From: Myxococcales bacterium
GTDB taxonomy: Bacteria; Myxococcota_A; Polyangia; Polyangiales; DASUME01
Direction of reading: 5' to 3'
NCBI GenBank assembly: GCA_047601445.1
Contig: JASGJH010000001.1
Span: forward strand, 8,704,001 to 8,768,000
Length of the DNA stretch: 64,000 bases
The translations under genes were made by a program, and so were the position numbers. The number at the start of each line of letters is the position of its first letter. Within the stretch, counting starts at the first letter, position 1. Positions 1 to 10,574 of this stretch are shown one piece after another. A model generated the notes under the pieces. The model saw only the letters and a program-made list of their open reading frames with translations. It searched no databases and was not told the DNA's origin.

Positions 1-1
1 G

Positions 2-502
2 GTGATCAACGGCCTCGCGGTGCAAGACGCGCTCGAGAAGCAAGGCGTCCCTACGCGCGTGATGACCCCGCTGCAGATCAACCAGGTCGCCGAGCCCTAC
101 ATCCGGCGCCGTGCGGTGCGTCATCTGGAGAAGGGCCGCGTGGTGATCTTCGCGGCCGGCACGGGCAACCCGTACTTCTCCACGGACACTGCGGCTGCCC
201 TGCGCGCCATGGAGATCCAGGCCGAGGTTCTGTGCAAGGCCACCAAGGTCGACGGCGTGTTCACCAAGGACCCCATCAAGTTCCCCGACGCGACCATGTT
301 TCGTCGGCTCAGCTACGATCGCTTCCTGCAGGAGCGTATCGGTGTGATGGACTCCACGGCGGTGACCCTGTGCCGCGATAACAAGCTGCCAATTCGCGTG
401 TTTGCCCTGGGTGAGCGCGGCAACATCCAGCGCGTGGTCCAGGGCGAGGACATCGGGACACTGGTGGCCGAGCACGGCGAGTCATTGGCAGAGCGCGCGT
501 GA
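2..502 (+). CDS. pyrH: UMP kinase (5' part lies outside the window)
   Basis: Motifs [32 protein letters not shown]; directly upstream of frr. Confidence 0.97.
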   Translation: MINGLAVQDALEKQGVPTRVMTPLQINQVAEPYIRRRAVRHLEKGRVVIFAAGTGNPYFSTDTAAALRAMEIQAEVLCKATKVDGVFTKDPIKFPDATMFRRLSYDRFLQERIGVMDSTAVTLCRDNKLPIRVFALGERGNIQRVVQGEDIGTLVAEHGESLAERA

Positions 503-568
503 TTACGATAGGTTGAGGGGATCGCTTCGACGCGCGCCAGACGCGCGCGAACGGAATGGGAGGCCAGC

Positions 569-1127
569 ATGATCGACGACATTCTGGGAGAGTTGAAGGC
601 GGACATCGCCAAGTCGCACGACGTGCTGAAGAATTCGCTATCGCGGGTACGCACGGGCCGAGCCAATGCGAGCCTGCTCGACGGCGTGCGAGTGGATTAC
701 TGGGGGACGCCCACGCCCATCGGCCAGATGGCCACGGTCAGCGTGCCCGAGGCGCGCATGATCCTGATCAAGGTCTGGGACAAGCAGAACGTGAAAGCCG
801 TGGAGAAGGCCATCATCCAGGGCGATCTCGGCCTGAACCCGCAGGTGGACGGCGACCTTCTGCGCTTGCCCATGCCGCCGCTCAACGAGGAGCGCCGTCG
901 CGATCTCACCAAGGTCGTGCGCAAGACCGGCGAAGAATCCAAGGTCGGCATTCGCAAGCACCGCCAGGATGCGCGCGCGATGCTCGAAAACCTCAAGGAC
1001 GAGGGCGAGGCGGGCGAAGACGAAGTGGATCGCGCGCTGAAGAAGGTGGACGAGCTGGTGCAGGCGGGGACCCACACCGTCGACGAGAATCGTCGCCAAG
1101 AAGGAAAAGGACATCATGGAGGTCTGA
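569..1127 (+). CDS. frr: Ribosome recycling factor, with an apparent 1-nt insertion near 1088
   Basis: RTGRANASLLD, LGLNPQVDG, PPLNEERRRDL. Removing one A from GAGAATC restores the canonical end EIVAKKEKDIMEV* (TGA 1125-1127). Confidence 0.95.
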
Positions 1128-1233
1128 CCCGGGTAGGCAGGGGCGCTGGCGGCCCCGCTCCTCGGTGGTGTCCCGATGTCGGCACGTCGAAGGCCGCGCT
1201 TGCTCCTCGTGAGCCCGCGCGGCCTTCTCGCGT

Positions 1234-3705
1234 TCAGCGCCTGCGCTTGCTCTTGCGCTCGTCCTTTTGACGGCGCTCGCGACGCTTCTCGCGCTTGACC
1301 TCTTCCTTGCGCTGGTCCTGGCGCTTGCCGTGCGGGTGGTGAGCCCCCCAGCTGCCCTTCTTGCCCGGGCGGCGATCGTCGTCCTGGCGACGCTCGTCTT
1401 GCCGCTGATTCTGCTGCTTGCGCTTCGGGGGCCGCCGTCCATTGCCGCGTGCCTCTGCGGGGACGAAGCTCTGGTCGTCGAAGTCATCGGGGCGCAGGTA
1501 CACCACCGGCGCTGCCAGGATGGAGCGCTCGGACACGTTCACGCTCTCGAGCCGCACCGTGAGCCGGTCTCCGAGGCCGTAGCTCGCCCCGGAGCGCCGC
1601 CCCACCAGTCGCAGGCCGTGGCGATCGAGCTCGTAGAAGTCGTTGCCCAGCGCGGTGACGTGGCAGAGGCCTTCTACGAAGGGCTCGTCGAAGGAGCAGT
1701 AGATGCCGTGCGGCGCCACGCCCGTGACGGTGGCCTCGAACTCTTCACCCACGCGATCCTTCACCAGGATGCAGCGGTAGACGTCCTTGACCTCGCGCTC
1801 CACCAGCATGGCGCGACGCTCGAGCTTGCTCGCATTGGTGGCCTGGTCGCGCAGGCGCGACTCGAGACCCTTCATGTCGATGGGCTCCTTGCGCGCCAAC
1901 ATGCGCACCACGCGGTGCACGGCCAGATCCGGATAGCGCCGGATGGGGCTTGTGAAGTGCAGGTAGTGCTCGGCGGCGAGTCCGAAGTGCCCCACGTTCA
2001 CCGTGTCGTAGCTGGCCTGCTGCATGGCGCGCAGGAGCAGATACGAGAGCGAGCTCTTGTGCGGTGAGTCTTCGAGCTTCTGGAGGAAGTGGCTGAGCTC
2101 CTTGGGGCTCGTGGATTCCTCGGTCTCGAGTTGGTAGCCGAGCGCCTGGGCCAAGCCGGCGAACTGCTCGAGCCGGTCGGCGTCTGGCAGGCCGTGCACG
2201 CGGTAGATGGCCGGCACCTTGCGGCGTGCGAGGTCGGCCGCCACGGTCTCGTTGGCCAGCAGCATCATCTCTTCGACGAGCTGATACGCCTTGCGGACGC
2301 CCGGATCCTTGCGCGACCGGAGCACGTCGGTGGGCTCGCCGGTCTGCTCGTCGAGCTGCACGATGGGCTCGGGCAGATCGAAGTCCATGGAGCCGCGCTT
2401 CATGCGCCGATTGCGCAGCACCATGGCGCACTCGTGGAGCACCTCGAGCATGGGCAGGAGCTTCACCGCGGCGCGTTCGTTCCGACCTTCCTTGGTGAGT
2501 CCGAGCGCCTGGGCGACACCCTCGTAGGTGAGCCCCGCCTTGCAGCGCATCACGCCCTCGACGTAACGGAACGAGCGCACCTGGCCGTTCGAGGCCAGAT
2601 CCATGTCGACCGCCAAGGTGAGCCGATCCTTGCCGGCCACCAGCGACGCCAGGTTGCTGCTCAGTTCGTGCGGCAACATGGGGATCGCGCGATCGGGCAG
2701 GTAGATGGACGTGCTGCGCTCGATGGCCTCGGCGTCGAGCGCGGTGCCTTCGCGCACGTAGTGGGACACGTCGGCGATGGCGACCACCACGCGGAAGCCG
2801 CCGTGGGGGCGCCGCTCGATGAAGATGGCGTCGTCGTGATCGCGCGCGGTGATGGGGTCGATGGTGACGAGGTCGAGATCGCGCAGATCCTCGCGCTCGC
2901 GTCGGTCCCTGGGGTTGATGCGATCGCCATAGGCGCGCGCCTCCGCGAGCACCTCGTCCGGGAACTCTTCGCGGATGCTCTCGCGCAGCTTGATCTTGGC
3001 GACCTCGACCTCGGCGCTGCCTTCGACGCCGAGCACGCGCACCACGTGGGCTTCGGGGGGACGACCGTCCTCGAAGTAGCGCTCGATCTCGGCTACCACG
3101 GCGATGCCGGGAACCGCGTCGCCGGGTACGCGCCCCACCACGTTCACGCGCGACGGAAGCCGCGCGTCGTTGGGCGTGATGACCAAGCCGCGTTCGGCCT
3201 GGGACAACAGGCCTGCCACGTACTTGAGGCCGCGCTGCAGCACCGCTACGACGGTGCCCTCGAAGCCGCGCTCGCCGCGTCGCACGCTGACGGCCACACG
3301 GTCGCCGTGCAGCGCGCCGAGCAGTTCGGACTGGGCCACGAACACGTCGTCGGTGCCGTCTTCGCAGGTGACGAAGCCGTGTCCACGCGGCTGGATGCGC
3401 AGCACGCCCAGTTTGGCGGTGGGCGCCACCTTGCGCGGGGTGTCGGCGTAGAGGCGGGTAGTCTCCTTGGGTTCGGGCGCCTTGCGCTTGATCTCGTGGG
3501 CCTTGAGCGCGCGAAAGCGCAGCCCCGGGAGCTCTTGCGCTACCCCTTCTTCACACAGGGCCTCGAGGGCGGCGCGCACGTCGTCGCGGCGTTGTCCGGG
3601 TAAGTCGAGGCGGGCGCACACTTCCATCACATGGAGCGCGCGGTTCTTGGCTTCTCTGAGCAGGGAAAGGACCTCATGGAGGTCGATGTTTTGGTTGGAT
3701 TTCAA
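1234..3705 (-). CDS. rnr: Ribonuclease R (RNB family)
   Basis: Cold-shock domains (GHGFV, ALHGDRV), TIDPITARDHDDAI, HFTSPIRRYPDL, S1 domain, basic K/R tail. Confidence 0.95.
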   Translation of the reverse strand: MKSNQNIDLHEVLSLLREAKNRALHVMEVCARLDLPGQRRDDVRAALEALCEEGVAQELPGLRFRALKAHEIKRKAPEPKETTRLYADTPRKVAPTAKLGVLRIQPRGHGFVTCEDGTDDVFVAQSELLGALHGDRVAVSVRRGERGFEGTVVAVLQRGLKYVAGLLSQAERGLVITPNDARLPSRVNVVGRVPGDAVPGIAVVAEIERYFEDGRPPEAHVVRVLGVEGSAEVEVAKIKLRESIREEFPDEVLAEARAYGDRINPRDRREREDLRDLDLVTIDPITARDHDDAIFIERRPHGGFRVVVAIADVSHYVREGTALDAEAIERSTSIYLPDRAIPMLPHELSSNLASLVAGKDRLTLAVDMDLASNGQVRSFRYVEGVMRCKAGLTYEGVAQALGLTKEGRNERAAVKLLPMLEVLHECAMVLRNRRMKRGSMDFDLPEPIVQLDEQTGEPTDVLRSRKDPGVRKAYQLVEEMMLLANETVAADLARRKVPAIYRVHGLPDADRLEQFAGLAQALGYQLETEESTSPKELSHFLQKLEDSPHKSSLSYLLLRAMQQASYDTVNVGHFGLAAEHYLHFTSPIRRYPDLAVHRVVRMLARKEPIDMKGLESRLRDQATNASKLERRAMLVEREVKDVYRCILVKDRVGEEFEATVTGVAPHGIYCSFDEPFVEGLCHVTALGNDFYELDRHGLRLVGRRSGASYGLGDRLTVRLESVNVSERSILAAPVVYLRPDDFDDQSFVPAEARGNGRRPPKRKQQNQRQDERRQDDDRRPGKKGSWGAHHPHGKRQDQRKEEVKREKRRERRQKDERKSKRRR

Positions 3706-3717
3706 GTGTCGTGTCTT

Positions 3718-5043
3718 TCAGCGCAGCGCGTACAGGCTGCCGTCGTCGGCCCCGACGAAAAGGGTGCCCCGCGAGTCGATCACGGGGCTCGAGTCCACGT
3801 CTCGGCCGATGTTGTGTCGGAAAATGAGCTGCCCATCCGGGGTCAGCCCGTAGACGAAGTCGTCCTGGGAACCAAAGTAGATGCGCCCGGCGCGGTCGAT
3901 GCGCGCGCTCGATCGGATGCGCCCCGCGGTGGCGAAGCGCCACTTGAGCGAGCCGTCGGGACGGAGCGCGTAGAGGTTGCGGTCGTAGGAGCCCACGATG
4001 ATGCTGCCGTCAAAGGCCAGCGCAGGCGTCGCACGCACGTCGTCGCCGGTGTCGTAGCGCCAGAGCTGTTGGCCCTTGGCATCGAAGCAGAGCACTTGAC
4101 CGAGATCGTTGCCGATCACGATTCGCCCGTCCTCGGTGACGGTGGCCCCAGCGTCCATGTTCGCTCCGGCGTCGACCTCGAATGCCAAGGTGCCGTCGGT
4201 CTTGAGTGCGATCAGCTTGCCTTGGGCGGTGCCGAACACCACGAGCCCGGCCGGATGCAGGGCGGGGGCGCTTCTCACGTGGCTGCCCACGGCGTAGTGC
4301 CAGTGCAGGTTGCCGGCCGGGTCGAACGCGTAGAGGCCATCGGCCGCGACGTAGATCTTGCCGTCGGCGGCCAGCACGGGGCTGGCGTCGATGCCGTCAC
4401 TGAGCTTGTGTTGCCAGCGCACCTGACCGTGCGGCGTGAGGGCCACCAGCGTGCCGTCGAGGGAGCCGGCGATCACGTCGCCCTTTTCGGTGATCAGGGC
4501 GCTCGCGTAGTACTTACCGGTGCCGCTGTAGCGGAAGCGTAGCGCGCCGTCGGCGGTGACCGCGGTGAGCGACTGATCGAGCGAGCCGACCACGATGTCG
4601 CCACTTTGCGTGATCACCGCGGAGGCGTAGATGCGCGAGCCGGTATGGTAGGTCCAGGCGGGCTGCACCGGGCCTCGGGGGCCTTCGAACGGAAGGCGTC
4701 CCGTGCGTCGGGAGTCGCCCATGAACATGGTGGTCCCGCCCAGGTTCGAGCTATTGGCTTCGGGCGCCGCGCCCACCGTCGTGTTCGTGCCTGTGGCGGT
4801 CGGTTCGCCGCCGGTCGTGGGCTCGCCATTGATGGCATCGGTGACCGCGGCGTCGTGCTGCGCGAACTCGCGCTTCACGTCGTCGAGGAAACGACAACGC
4901 CCCTCGTGGCAGATGCGATCCGCGTGGCACTCGCGATCCGACATGCAGGGACCGCTGGAGGCTGTGGGGTGACAAGCAGACAGACCCAGCGGGCCGAGCA
5001 GGGTCGCGGACAGCGCGAGGACAACAAACGAAAACGGACGCAC
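3718..5043 (-). CDS. PQQ-like beta-propeller lipoprotein with a small Cys-rich N-terminal module
   Basis: Lipobox LSAC, CMSDRECHADRICHEGRC, repeated GSxDxxLYALxxDGxxxW blades. Confidence 0.85.
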   Translation of the reverse strand: MRPFSFVVLALSATLLGPLGLSACHPTASSGPCMSDRECHADRICHEGRCRFLDDVKREFAQHDAAVTDAINGEPTTGGEPTATGTNTTVGAAPEANSSNLGGTTMFMGDSRRTGRLPFEGPRGPVQPAWTYHTGSRIYASAVITQSGDIVVGSLDQSLTAVTADGALRFRYSGTGKYYASALITEKGDVIAGSLDGTLVALTPHGQVRWQHKLSDGIDASPVLAADGKIYVAADGLYAFDPAGNLHWHYAVGSHVRSAPALHPAGLVVFGTAQGKLIALKTDGTLAFEVDAGANMDAGATVTEDGRIVIGNDLGQVLCFDAKGQQLWRYDTGDDVRATPALAFDGSIIVGSYDRNLYALRPDGSLKWRFATAGRIRSSARIDRAGRIYFGSQDDFVYGLTPDGQLIFRHNIGRDVDSSPVIDSRGTLFVGADDGSLYALR

Positions 5044-5088
5044 GTGGGCCGGAAGGTAGCAGATTGGCCGAAAATTGCCCCGCCCCCG

Positions 5089-6915
5089 CTAGGGAGCCCG
5101 CTCCAGCCAGTAGAACGTGTCGTCCCCCAGCACCACCGCGACCCGCCGCCCGGAAGGGCTCACGGCTGCCTCACGGGCCGCCTTGCCGAGGCTCAGGTAT
5201 CCCTCGGGCCGCCAAAGCTCGACCTCCCCATTGCGCACGCCGTGGACCAGCACGCCGAACGGTGTGGCCTCCACGTAGCGGGCGCCATCGGGGGTCGCCG
5301 CGCCTGAGGGCAGCGGAGCGGGTGGCGGGGTTTGGGGCTCCAGCTCGCGGGGCTCACCAGCAGGCTTGCCGGCCAGATCGAGGGGCACGATGCGCAGCTG
5401 GCTGCCGCGCGCGACGACGGCCCCCTGCGGGGCCCAGCCGAGGACCACGAAGCCGCCCGCCTGGGCGCGCTGAGCGCTCTTGAGGCCACAATCGGGTGGG
5501 TTGGACTCGGCCAGCAGCGGCACCGACTGGGCCCCTGGCAGCCGCACGTAGGGCTCGCCCAAGGCCGGAGCTCGCTCGACCCGCAGCGAGTAACCCGTGC
5601 AGGCATGGTCGATTTGCGTGATCGCTAGCTGTCCGCCGGGGTCGCGCACGAGTGCGTCTGCGGGGACGTGAGCAGGACTTTCCTGGCCGCTGGCTAGGTC
5701 GTAGAGCGCGGGCTCTCGCCGCTGCAGCAGCAGGCTGTTCTCACTCAAGAAGCGCGCAGCGGGCAGGTGTACGGGCGGGCTTTGGAGCGGTTCCACGCGC
5801 GTCCCGCGGTGAAGCGTGATGCCTGGCGTGGCAGGCAAGGTGGCGAGCACCGCGTCGAGCTTCTGCAGGGTGCGCTCGTCGATGCTTCCGGCCACGCCCT
5901 TGAGCTCGCGATACGCGTCGAGTGCTTGGGCAACCTGCCCCTGGCGGGCCTGTGCCTCCGTGAACGCCAACAACGCGTCGAGTTCGCTCTTGCCGCGTCC
6001 GCAGACCACGCCCGGGCTGTCCGAAAACCACAACTCCGGCGCGCCCGCTTCGCGACACAGGGCACGCCGTGTCTTCAGTACCATCGCCGCCCGCTCGGCG
6101 GCCTGATCGGGAGCCTTGGCCGCCAGTGCTTTGGCTGCGGCTGCCCACGCCGCGAGGGTGTTCTCCGGCTCGCGCAAGTCGCGCACCAAGCCGCTCGCGC
6201 GGTCGAACCAGACGAGCTGCAGAAGGCTGTCGGTCTCCGCGAAGCCCACGGGCTTGAGCGTCAGCGCGATGTCCTCGTGGCCGTCGCCGTCGCTGTCCTG
6301 GCTGCTCACCGTGATCGTAAACGTGGGGCTCGCGCCCGCGGGCACGCGCTGGGTGACGCGGTCGAAGATGCGCGGCGTCGGCTCCAGCGAGAGCAGGACG
6401 TAGCTCGTGGGTTCGGCGACTTTGTTGGAGTCGCAGGCGCGCTCGAAGGTCGCGAGTGCCTTGCTCGGTGAGAGCGCCGCCAGCTCCGCACGCTCGACCG
6501 TGCAGGGCGAAAGCTCGGCACGCGCCGGTAGCAGCAAGATCTCCTTGGGGTTCTCGAAGCGCGCGCCCTCGCGCAGAGCCACCACCAGATGGGCTCCGCC
6601 CTGGGCATCCTCGAGCAGTGCCAAGACATCGCGATCGCCATCTTGATCGAGGTCGACGGCGAGACTGCTGCGCACGCCCGACCAGGGCAGCTTGGCGCCC
6701 TCGAGCTCCGGCACCGCGGCATCGCGTCCATAGCTCGCGGCGACACCGAGCGTAGCCTGGGAGCCGTCCGCGCCATCGGCCCCGGCGTCACTGGGGGAGA
6801 GCTTGAACGGCACCTTGGGGCCATCGCCCGGGTTGCAGCGCTCACAACCCTCGCCCGCGCCGAACGCGGTGAGCAGAGCCAACCCAAAAATCGAGCGTCG
6901 TAGGGTCTCGCGCAT
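5089..6915 (-). CDS. Hypothetical secreted/lipoprotein with FG-GAP-like Ca-binding motifs
   Basis: Start MRETLRRSIFGLALL..GEGC (ATG 6915); DLDQDGDRD and DSDGDGHED motifs. Confidence 0.65.
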   Translation of the reverse strand: MRETLRRSIFGLALLTAFGAGEGCERCNPGDGPKVPFKLSPSDAGADGADGSQATLGVAASYGRDAAVPELEGAKLPWSGVRSSLAVDLDQDGDRDVLALLEDAQGGAHLVVALREGARFENPKEILLLPARAELSPCTVERAELAALSPSKALATFERACDSNKVAEPTSYVLLSLEPTPRIFDRVTQRVPAGASPTFTITVSSQDSDGDGHEDIALTLKPVGFAETDSLLQLVWFDRASGLVRDLREPENTLAAWAAAAKALAAKAPDQAAERAAMVLKTRRALCREAGAPELWFSDSPGVVCGRGKSELDALLAFTEAQARQGQVAQALDAYRELKGVAGSIDERTLQKLDAVLATLPATPGITLHRGTRVEPLQSPPVHLPAARFLSENSLLLQRREPALYDLASGQESPAHVPADALVRDPGGQLAITQIDHACTGYSLRVERAPALGEPYVRLPGAQSVPLLAESNPPDCGLKSAQRAQAGGFVVLGWAPQGAVVARGSQLRIVPLDLAGKPAGEPRELEPQTPPPAPLPSGAATPDGARYVEATPFGVLVHGVRNGEVELWRPEGYLSLGKAAREAAVSPSGRRVAVVLGDDTFYWLERAP

Positions 6916-6978
6916 CAGGGCTGCCCCGGTGTACCAGAAGTGGTGCGACCCACAAGGATCGTCCGCTAGGCTTGGTGC

Positions 6979-7786
6979 GTGGCCCCACTGATCACCTTGA
7001 CCACGGACTTCGGCACGCGCGACAGCTACGTGGCGCAGCTCAAGGCCGTGTTGTTCGCGGAGGGGCCCGGCGATCTGCGTGTGACCGATCTGTCGCACGA
7101 GCTCGCGCCCTTCGACGTGCAGGCGGCGGCGTGGTTCGTGGCCGAAGCGCTGCCGCGTTTTCCGGCGGGCTCGGTTCACCTGGTGGTGGTGGACCCCGGC
7201 GTGGGCAGCGCGCGCACGCCCATCATGGCGCGCGTCGGTGACCAGCTCGTGGTGGGTCCGGACAACGGCGTGTTCGGCGCGCTTTTCGACGGAGGCGAGA
7301 ATCGTGTTCGCGATCGACCCCGCGATGCTCGATACGCGCCTTGGTCCTCGTACCCTCAGCAGCACCTTCCATGGGCGCGATCTGTTCGCGCCGGTGGCCG
7401 CGCGTCTTGCGGGGGGCGCGCGCTGCGAGGAGCTCGGCCGACGCATCGACCTGTATCAGACGTTGCAGCGCCCGGAGGCCACGCAGACCCCGACCGGCCT
7501 TCGGGGACAGGTTCTGCACGTGGATCGCTACGGTAACCTGATCACCAATCTGGCGGGCTCTGCGCTGCGCGAGCTGGCCGGCGTCGGGGAGCTCCAATTT
7601 CAGATCTTGGGGCAGCAGATTCGTGTGCTCCGCGATCACTACGCGGAGGTTGCGCCTGGCGCGTTGGTGGCCCTGGTCGGGTCGGGCGGCTTCCTCGAGC
7701 TGTCGGTGCGCGAGGGCAGCGCCGCCCAGCAGTTGGGAGCGGGGCGTGGCGCCGAGATCAACGTGAGCACCGTGAAAAGCAGCTGA
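6979..7786 (+). CDS. SAM hydroxide adenosyltransferase / chlorinase-fluorinase family (DUF62), apparent 1-nt insertion near 7300
   Basis: ITLTTDFG, VVDPGVGSAR and GPDNG in one frame; SSTFHGRDLFAPVAA, HVDRYGNLITN and GFLELSVREGSA in the +1 frame. Confidence 0.9.
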
Positions 7787-7817
7787 CGAAGCCGGCCCGG
7801 TTGCGTAGCTTTTCGGG

Positions 7818-9695
7818 ATGCGCGTTCACTGGGGACTGCTCGGTCTGCTGACGCTGACTTCGATGGGCTGCGGCTGCGGTGGGGACAAGGCGGCCCGCGG
7901 CGTGGCGACGCGCGACGCGGGGGCCAAGCTCGACGCGCAGGCCAGCACTGCCAACATCCCCAAGGCCAGCGAAGCGCATGCCTTCGTGGAGTCCACCGAT
8001 CGCGAGCTGCGCCGGCTCGTGGTCGCCGCCTCCGAGGCCGACTGGGAAAAGAGCACCAACATCACCGAGGGCACGGAGCAAGCGGCGGCCAAGGCCAACG
8101 AGGCAGTGATGGCCTTCATGAGCAAAGCCATCCGTGACTCCGTGCGCTTCCGCGACGTGCCCGACATCGACCCTCGCGATGCTCGCCAGCTCGAGCTGCT
8201 GCGCCGCGGCGCCTCGTTGCCTGCTCCGGATGACCCCGCGAAGCGCGAGGAACTCGCCAACATCGCGGCCAAGATGGAGAGCCTCTACGGCAAGGGCAAG
8301 TACTGCAAGGGCGACAAGCCCGAGGACTGCCGCGACCTCGAGGAGCTCACCGACCTGTTCGCCAAGAGCCACGACTACGACGCGCTCTACGACGCCTGGC
8401 AAGGCTGGCACCAGATCGGCAAGGAGATCCGGCCGCTCTACACGCGCTACGTGGAGCTCGCCAACGAGGGCGCCCGCACCATCGGCTATCGCGACCTCGG
8501 CGATCTCTGGCGCTCGCGCTACGACATGAGCGCCCAAGAGTTCAGCGACGTGGCCGCGCGTCTCTACGACCAGGTGAGTCCGCTTTACAAGGCGTTGCAC
8601 TGCCATGTCCGTGCGCGGCTGGTGAAGATCTACGGCAAGGAGAAGGTGCCCGAGGACGGCCTGATTCCGGCCCATTTGCTCGGCAATATGTGGGCGCAGG
8701 AGTGGGGCAACCTGTACTGGAACCTCGAGCCGTTCGCGGGCCAAGGAGAGCTCGACGTCACGCCGGCGCTGGTCAAACAGAAGTACGACGAAGTACGCAT
8801 GGTCAAGCTCGGCGAAGCCTTCTTCGTCTCGGTCGGCCTGCCGCTCTTGCCCGAGACCTTCTGGCAGCGCTCCATGTTCAAGAAGCCCAAGGGCCGCGAG
8901 GTGGTCTGTCACGCCAGCGCTTGGGACGTGAACTACAACGACGATCTGCGCATCAAGATGTGCATCAAGATCAACCAGGACGATCTCATCACCATCCATC
9001 ACGAGCTCGGCCACGACTACTACTTCTCGCAGTACTACACGCTGCCGATGCTGTTCCAGGACGGCGCCCACGATGGCTTTCACGAGGCGATCGGCGATGC
9101 TATCGCGCTCTCCATCACGCCCGCCTATCTGAAGCAGGTGGGCTTGCTCAAGAGCGTGTCCAACAACGAACAGGGCATGCTCAACCAGCTCATGCAGGAC
9201 GCCCTCGAAAAGGTGGCGTTCTTGCCGTTCGGCAAGCTCATCGACGAGTGGCGCTGGAAGGTGTTCTCCGGCGAGATCCCGCCCGAGAGATACAACCGAG
9301 CCTGGTGGGAGCTGCGCGCCAAGTATCAGGGCGTCGGACCCGCGCAGCCGCGCGGCGAGGAGTACTTCGATCCGGGCGCCAAGTATCACATCCCTGCCAA
9401 CGTGCCCTACACGCGTTACTTCCTGGCCACCGTGCTGCAGTACCAGTTTCACCGCGCGATGTGCCGTTTGGCCGGACACGAAGGGCCGCTCTACACCTGC
9501 TCCATCTACGGGAACAAGGCAGCGGGCGAGAAACTCAAGCAGATGCTCGCGCTGGGCGCTCAGAAGCCCTGGCCCGACGCGCTCGAGGTCCTCACGGGCC
9601 AGCGCGAGATGGATGCCTCGGCCATCCTCGACTACTACCAGCCCTTGCTCGACTGGCTGAACAAGCAGAACGAGGGCCGTCATTGCGGCTGGTAA
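7818..9695 (+). CDS. M2 family peptidyl-dipeptidase (ACE-like zinc metallopeptidase), probable lipoprotein
   Basis: IPAHLLGNMWAQEW, VCHASAWD, HHELGH, GFHEAIGD, FDPGAKYHIP. Confidence 0.95.
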   Translation: MRVHWGLLGLLTLTSMGCGCGGDKAARGVATRDAGAKLDAQASTANIPKASEAHAFVESTDRELRRLVVAASEADWEKSTNITEGTEQAAAKANEAVMAFMSKAIRDSVRFRDVPDIDPRDARQLELLRRGASLPAPDDPAKREELANIAAKMESLYGKGKYCKGDKPEDCRDLEELTDLFAKSHDYDALYDAWQGWHQIGKEIRPLYTRYVELANEGARTIGYRDLGDLWRSRYDMSAQEFSDVAARLYDQVSPLYKALHCHVRARLVKIYGKEKVPEDGLIPAHLLGNMWAQEWGNLYWNLEPFAGQGELDVTPALVKQKYDEVRMVKLGEAFFVSVGLPLLPETFWQRSMFKKPKGREVVCHASAWDVNYNDDLRIKMCIKINQDDLITIHHELGHDYYFSQYYTLPMLFQDGAHDGFHEAIGDAIALSITPAYLKQVGLLKSVSNNEQGMLNQLMQDALEKVAFLPFGKLIDEWRWKVFSGEIPPERYNRAWWELRAKYQGVGPAQPRGEEYFDPGAKYHIPANVPYTRYFLATVLQYQFHRAMCRLAGHEGPLYTCSIYGNKAAGEKLKQMLALGAQKPWPDALEVLTGQREMDASAILDYYQPLLDWLNKQNEGRHCGW

Positions 9696-9702
9696 TGGGA
9701 AA

Positions 9703-9861
9703 AGGCGCGTGCCCTCGGGCGCATGCACGTGCACGATCTGCGAGGTCGGACATCCCCGTGAGCGAAGCGAACCTCGCGGTGGGGTGGGCCCCGTCGCGGC
9801 GTTGCAGCGACGGGCGGGGAGGTCTCGTGACCTCCCCGTCCATGGGCGGCGTGACCTCCCT
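9703..9861. repeat. REP/BIME-like palindromic repeat cluster (copy A) between convergent genes
   Basis: GTGAGCGAAGCGAACCTCGCGG..GTGGGCCCC-hairpin..GGGGAGGTC-N4-GACCTCCCC; closely similar to 30231-30397. Confidence 0.8.
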
Positions 9862-9866
9862 CTTAA

Positions 9867-10574
9867 TCAGGTCCCGTTCTTGCCGCGGAAGCGGTAACCC
9901 ACGCCGCGGATGGTTTCCACGTAGGAACCCGCGTCGCCGAGCTTCTCGCGCAGACGCTTCACGTGGGTATCCACGGTGCGCGTGGTCACGTCCGCGTGCA
10001 CGCCCCAGACGTCCTCGAGCAGCTGCGAGCGCGTCTGCACGCGGCCGCGCCGGCTGAGCAACGTGTGAAGCAGGCGGAACTCGAGGGCGGTCAGCGCGGT
10101 CTCGGAGCCGTCGACCCACACCTGATGGGCCTCGGGATCCACGCGCAGGCGCTCGAACTGCTGTTCGCCCACGGGCGAAGCGACCTTCGTGACCTTGGTG
10201 CGCCGGAGCAGGGCCCTGACCCGCAGGATCAGCTCGCGGACGCTGAAGGGCTTGGAGACGTAGTCGTCTGCCCCCAGCTCGAAGGCCACCACGCGGTCGA
10301 TCTCGCTGTCCTTGGCGGTCAGGAAGATGATCGGCGTGGAGCGGGTGGTCTCCGTGCGGCGCAGCTCGCGACAGACCTCGGTGCCTGCCAGGTCAGGCAG
10401 CATCAAGTCCAGCACGATCAGATCGGGATCGGGTCCGCCCGAGATGGCATCGATCGCCCCGCGACCGGTGTCGACGTGGCGCGTTGCAAAGCCCTCTTGC
10501 TCGAAGCTGTAGGCGATGATGTTCGCCAGCTCCGCTTCATCATCCACGATCAGAATCAACGGCTTTGCTTCCAT
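9867..10574 (-). CDS. OmpR/PhoB-family response regulator (no cognate kinase in the window); alternative start at 10664
   Basis: ILIVDDE, LIVLDLMLP, GADDYVSKPF, TRTVDTHVKRLREKL, IETIRGVGY-like end. Confidence 0.93.
   Translation of the reverse strand: MEAKPLILIVDDEAELANIIAYSFEQEGFATRHVDTGRGAIDAISGGPDPDLIVLDLMLPDLAGTEVCRELRRTETTRSTPIIFLTAKDSEIDRVVAFELGADDYVSKPFSVRELILRVRALLRRTKVTKVASPVGEQQFERLRVDPEAHQVWVDGSETALTALEFRLLHTLLSRRGRVQTRSQLLEDVWGVHADVTTRTVDTHVKRLREKLGDAGSYVETIRGVGYRFRGKNGT

Noticed and set aside
1128..1270. Apparent C-terminal extension of RRF (233-aa ORF)
   Set aside because: Caused by the 1-nt insertion; the canonical RRF end is present in the +1 frame
6979..7786. Halogenase (fluorinase/chlorinase) biosynthetic role for the DUF62 gene
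   Set aside because: No biosynthetic cluster nearby; the TFHGRD motif fits the common SAM hydrolase subgroup
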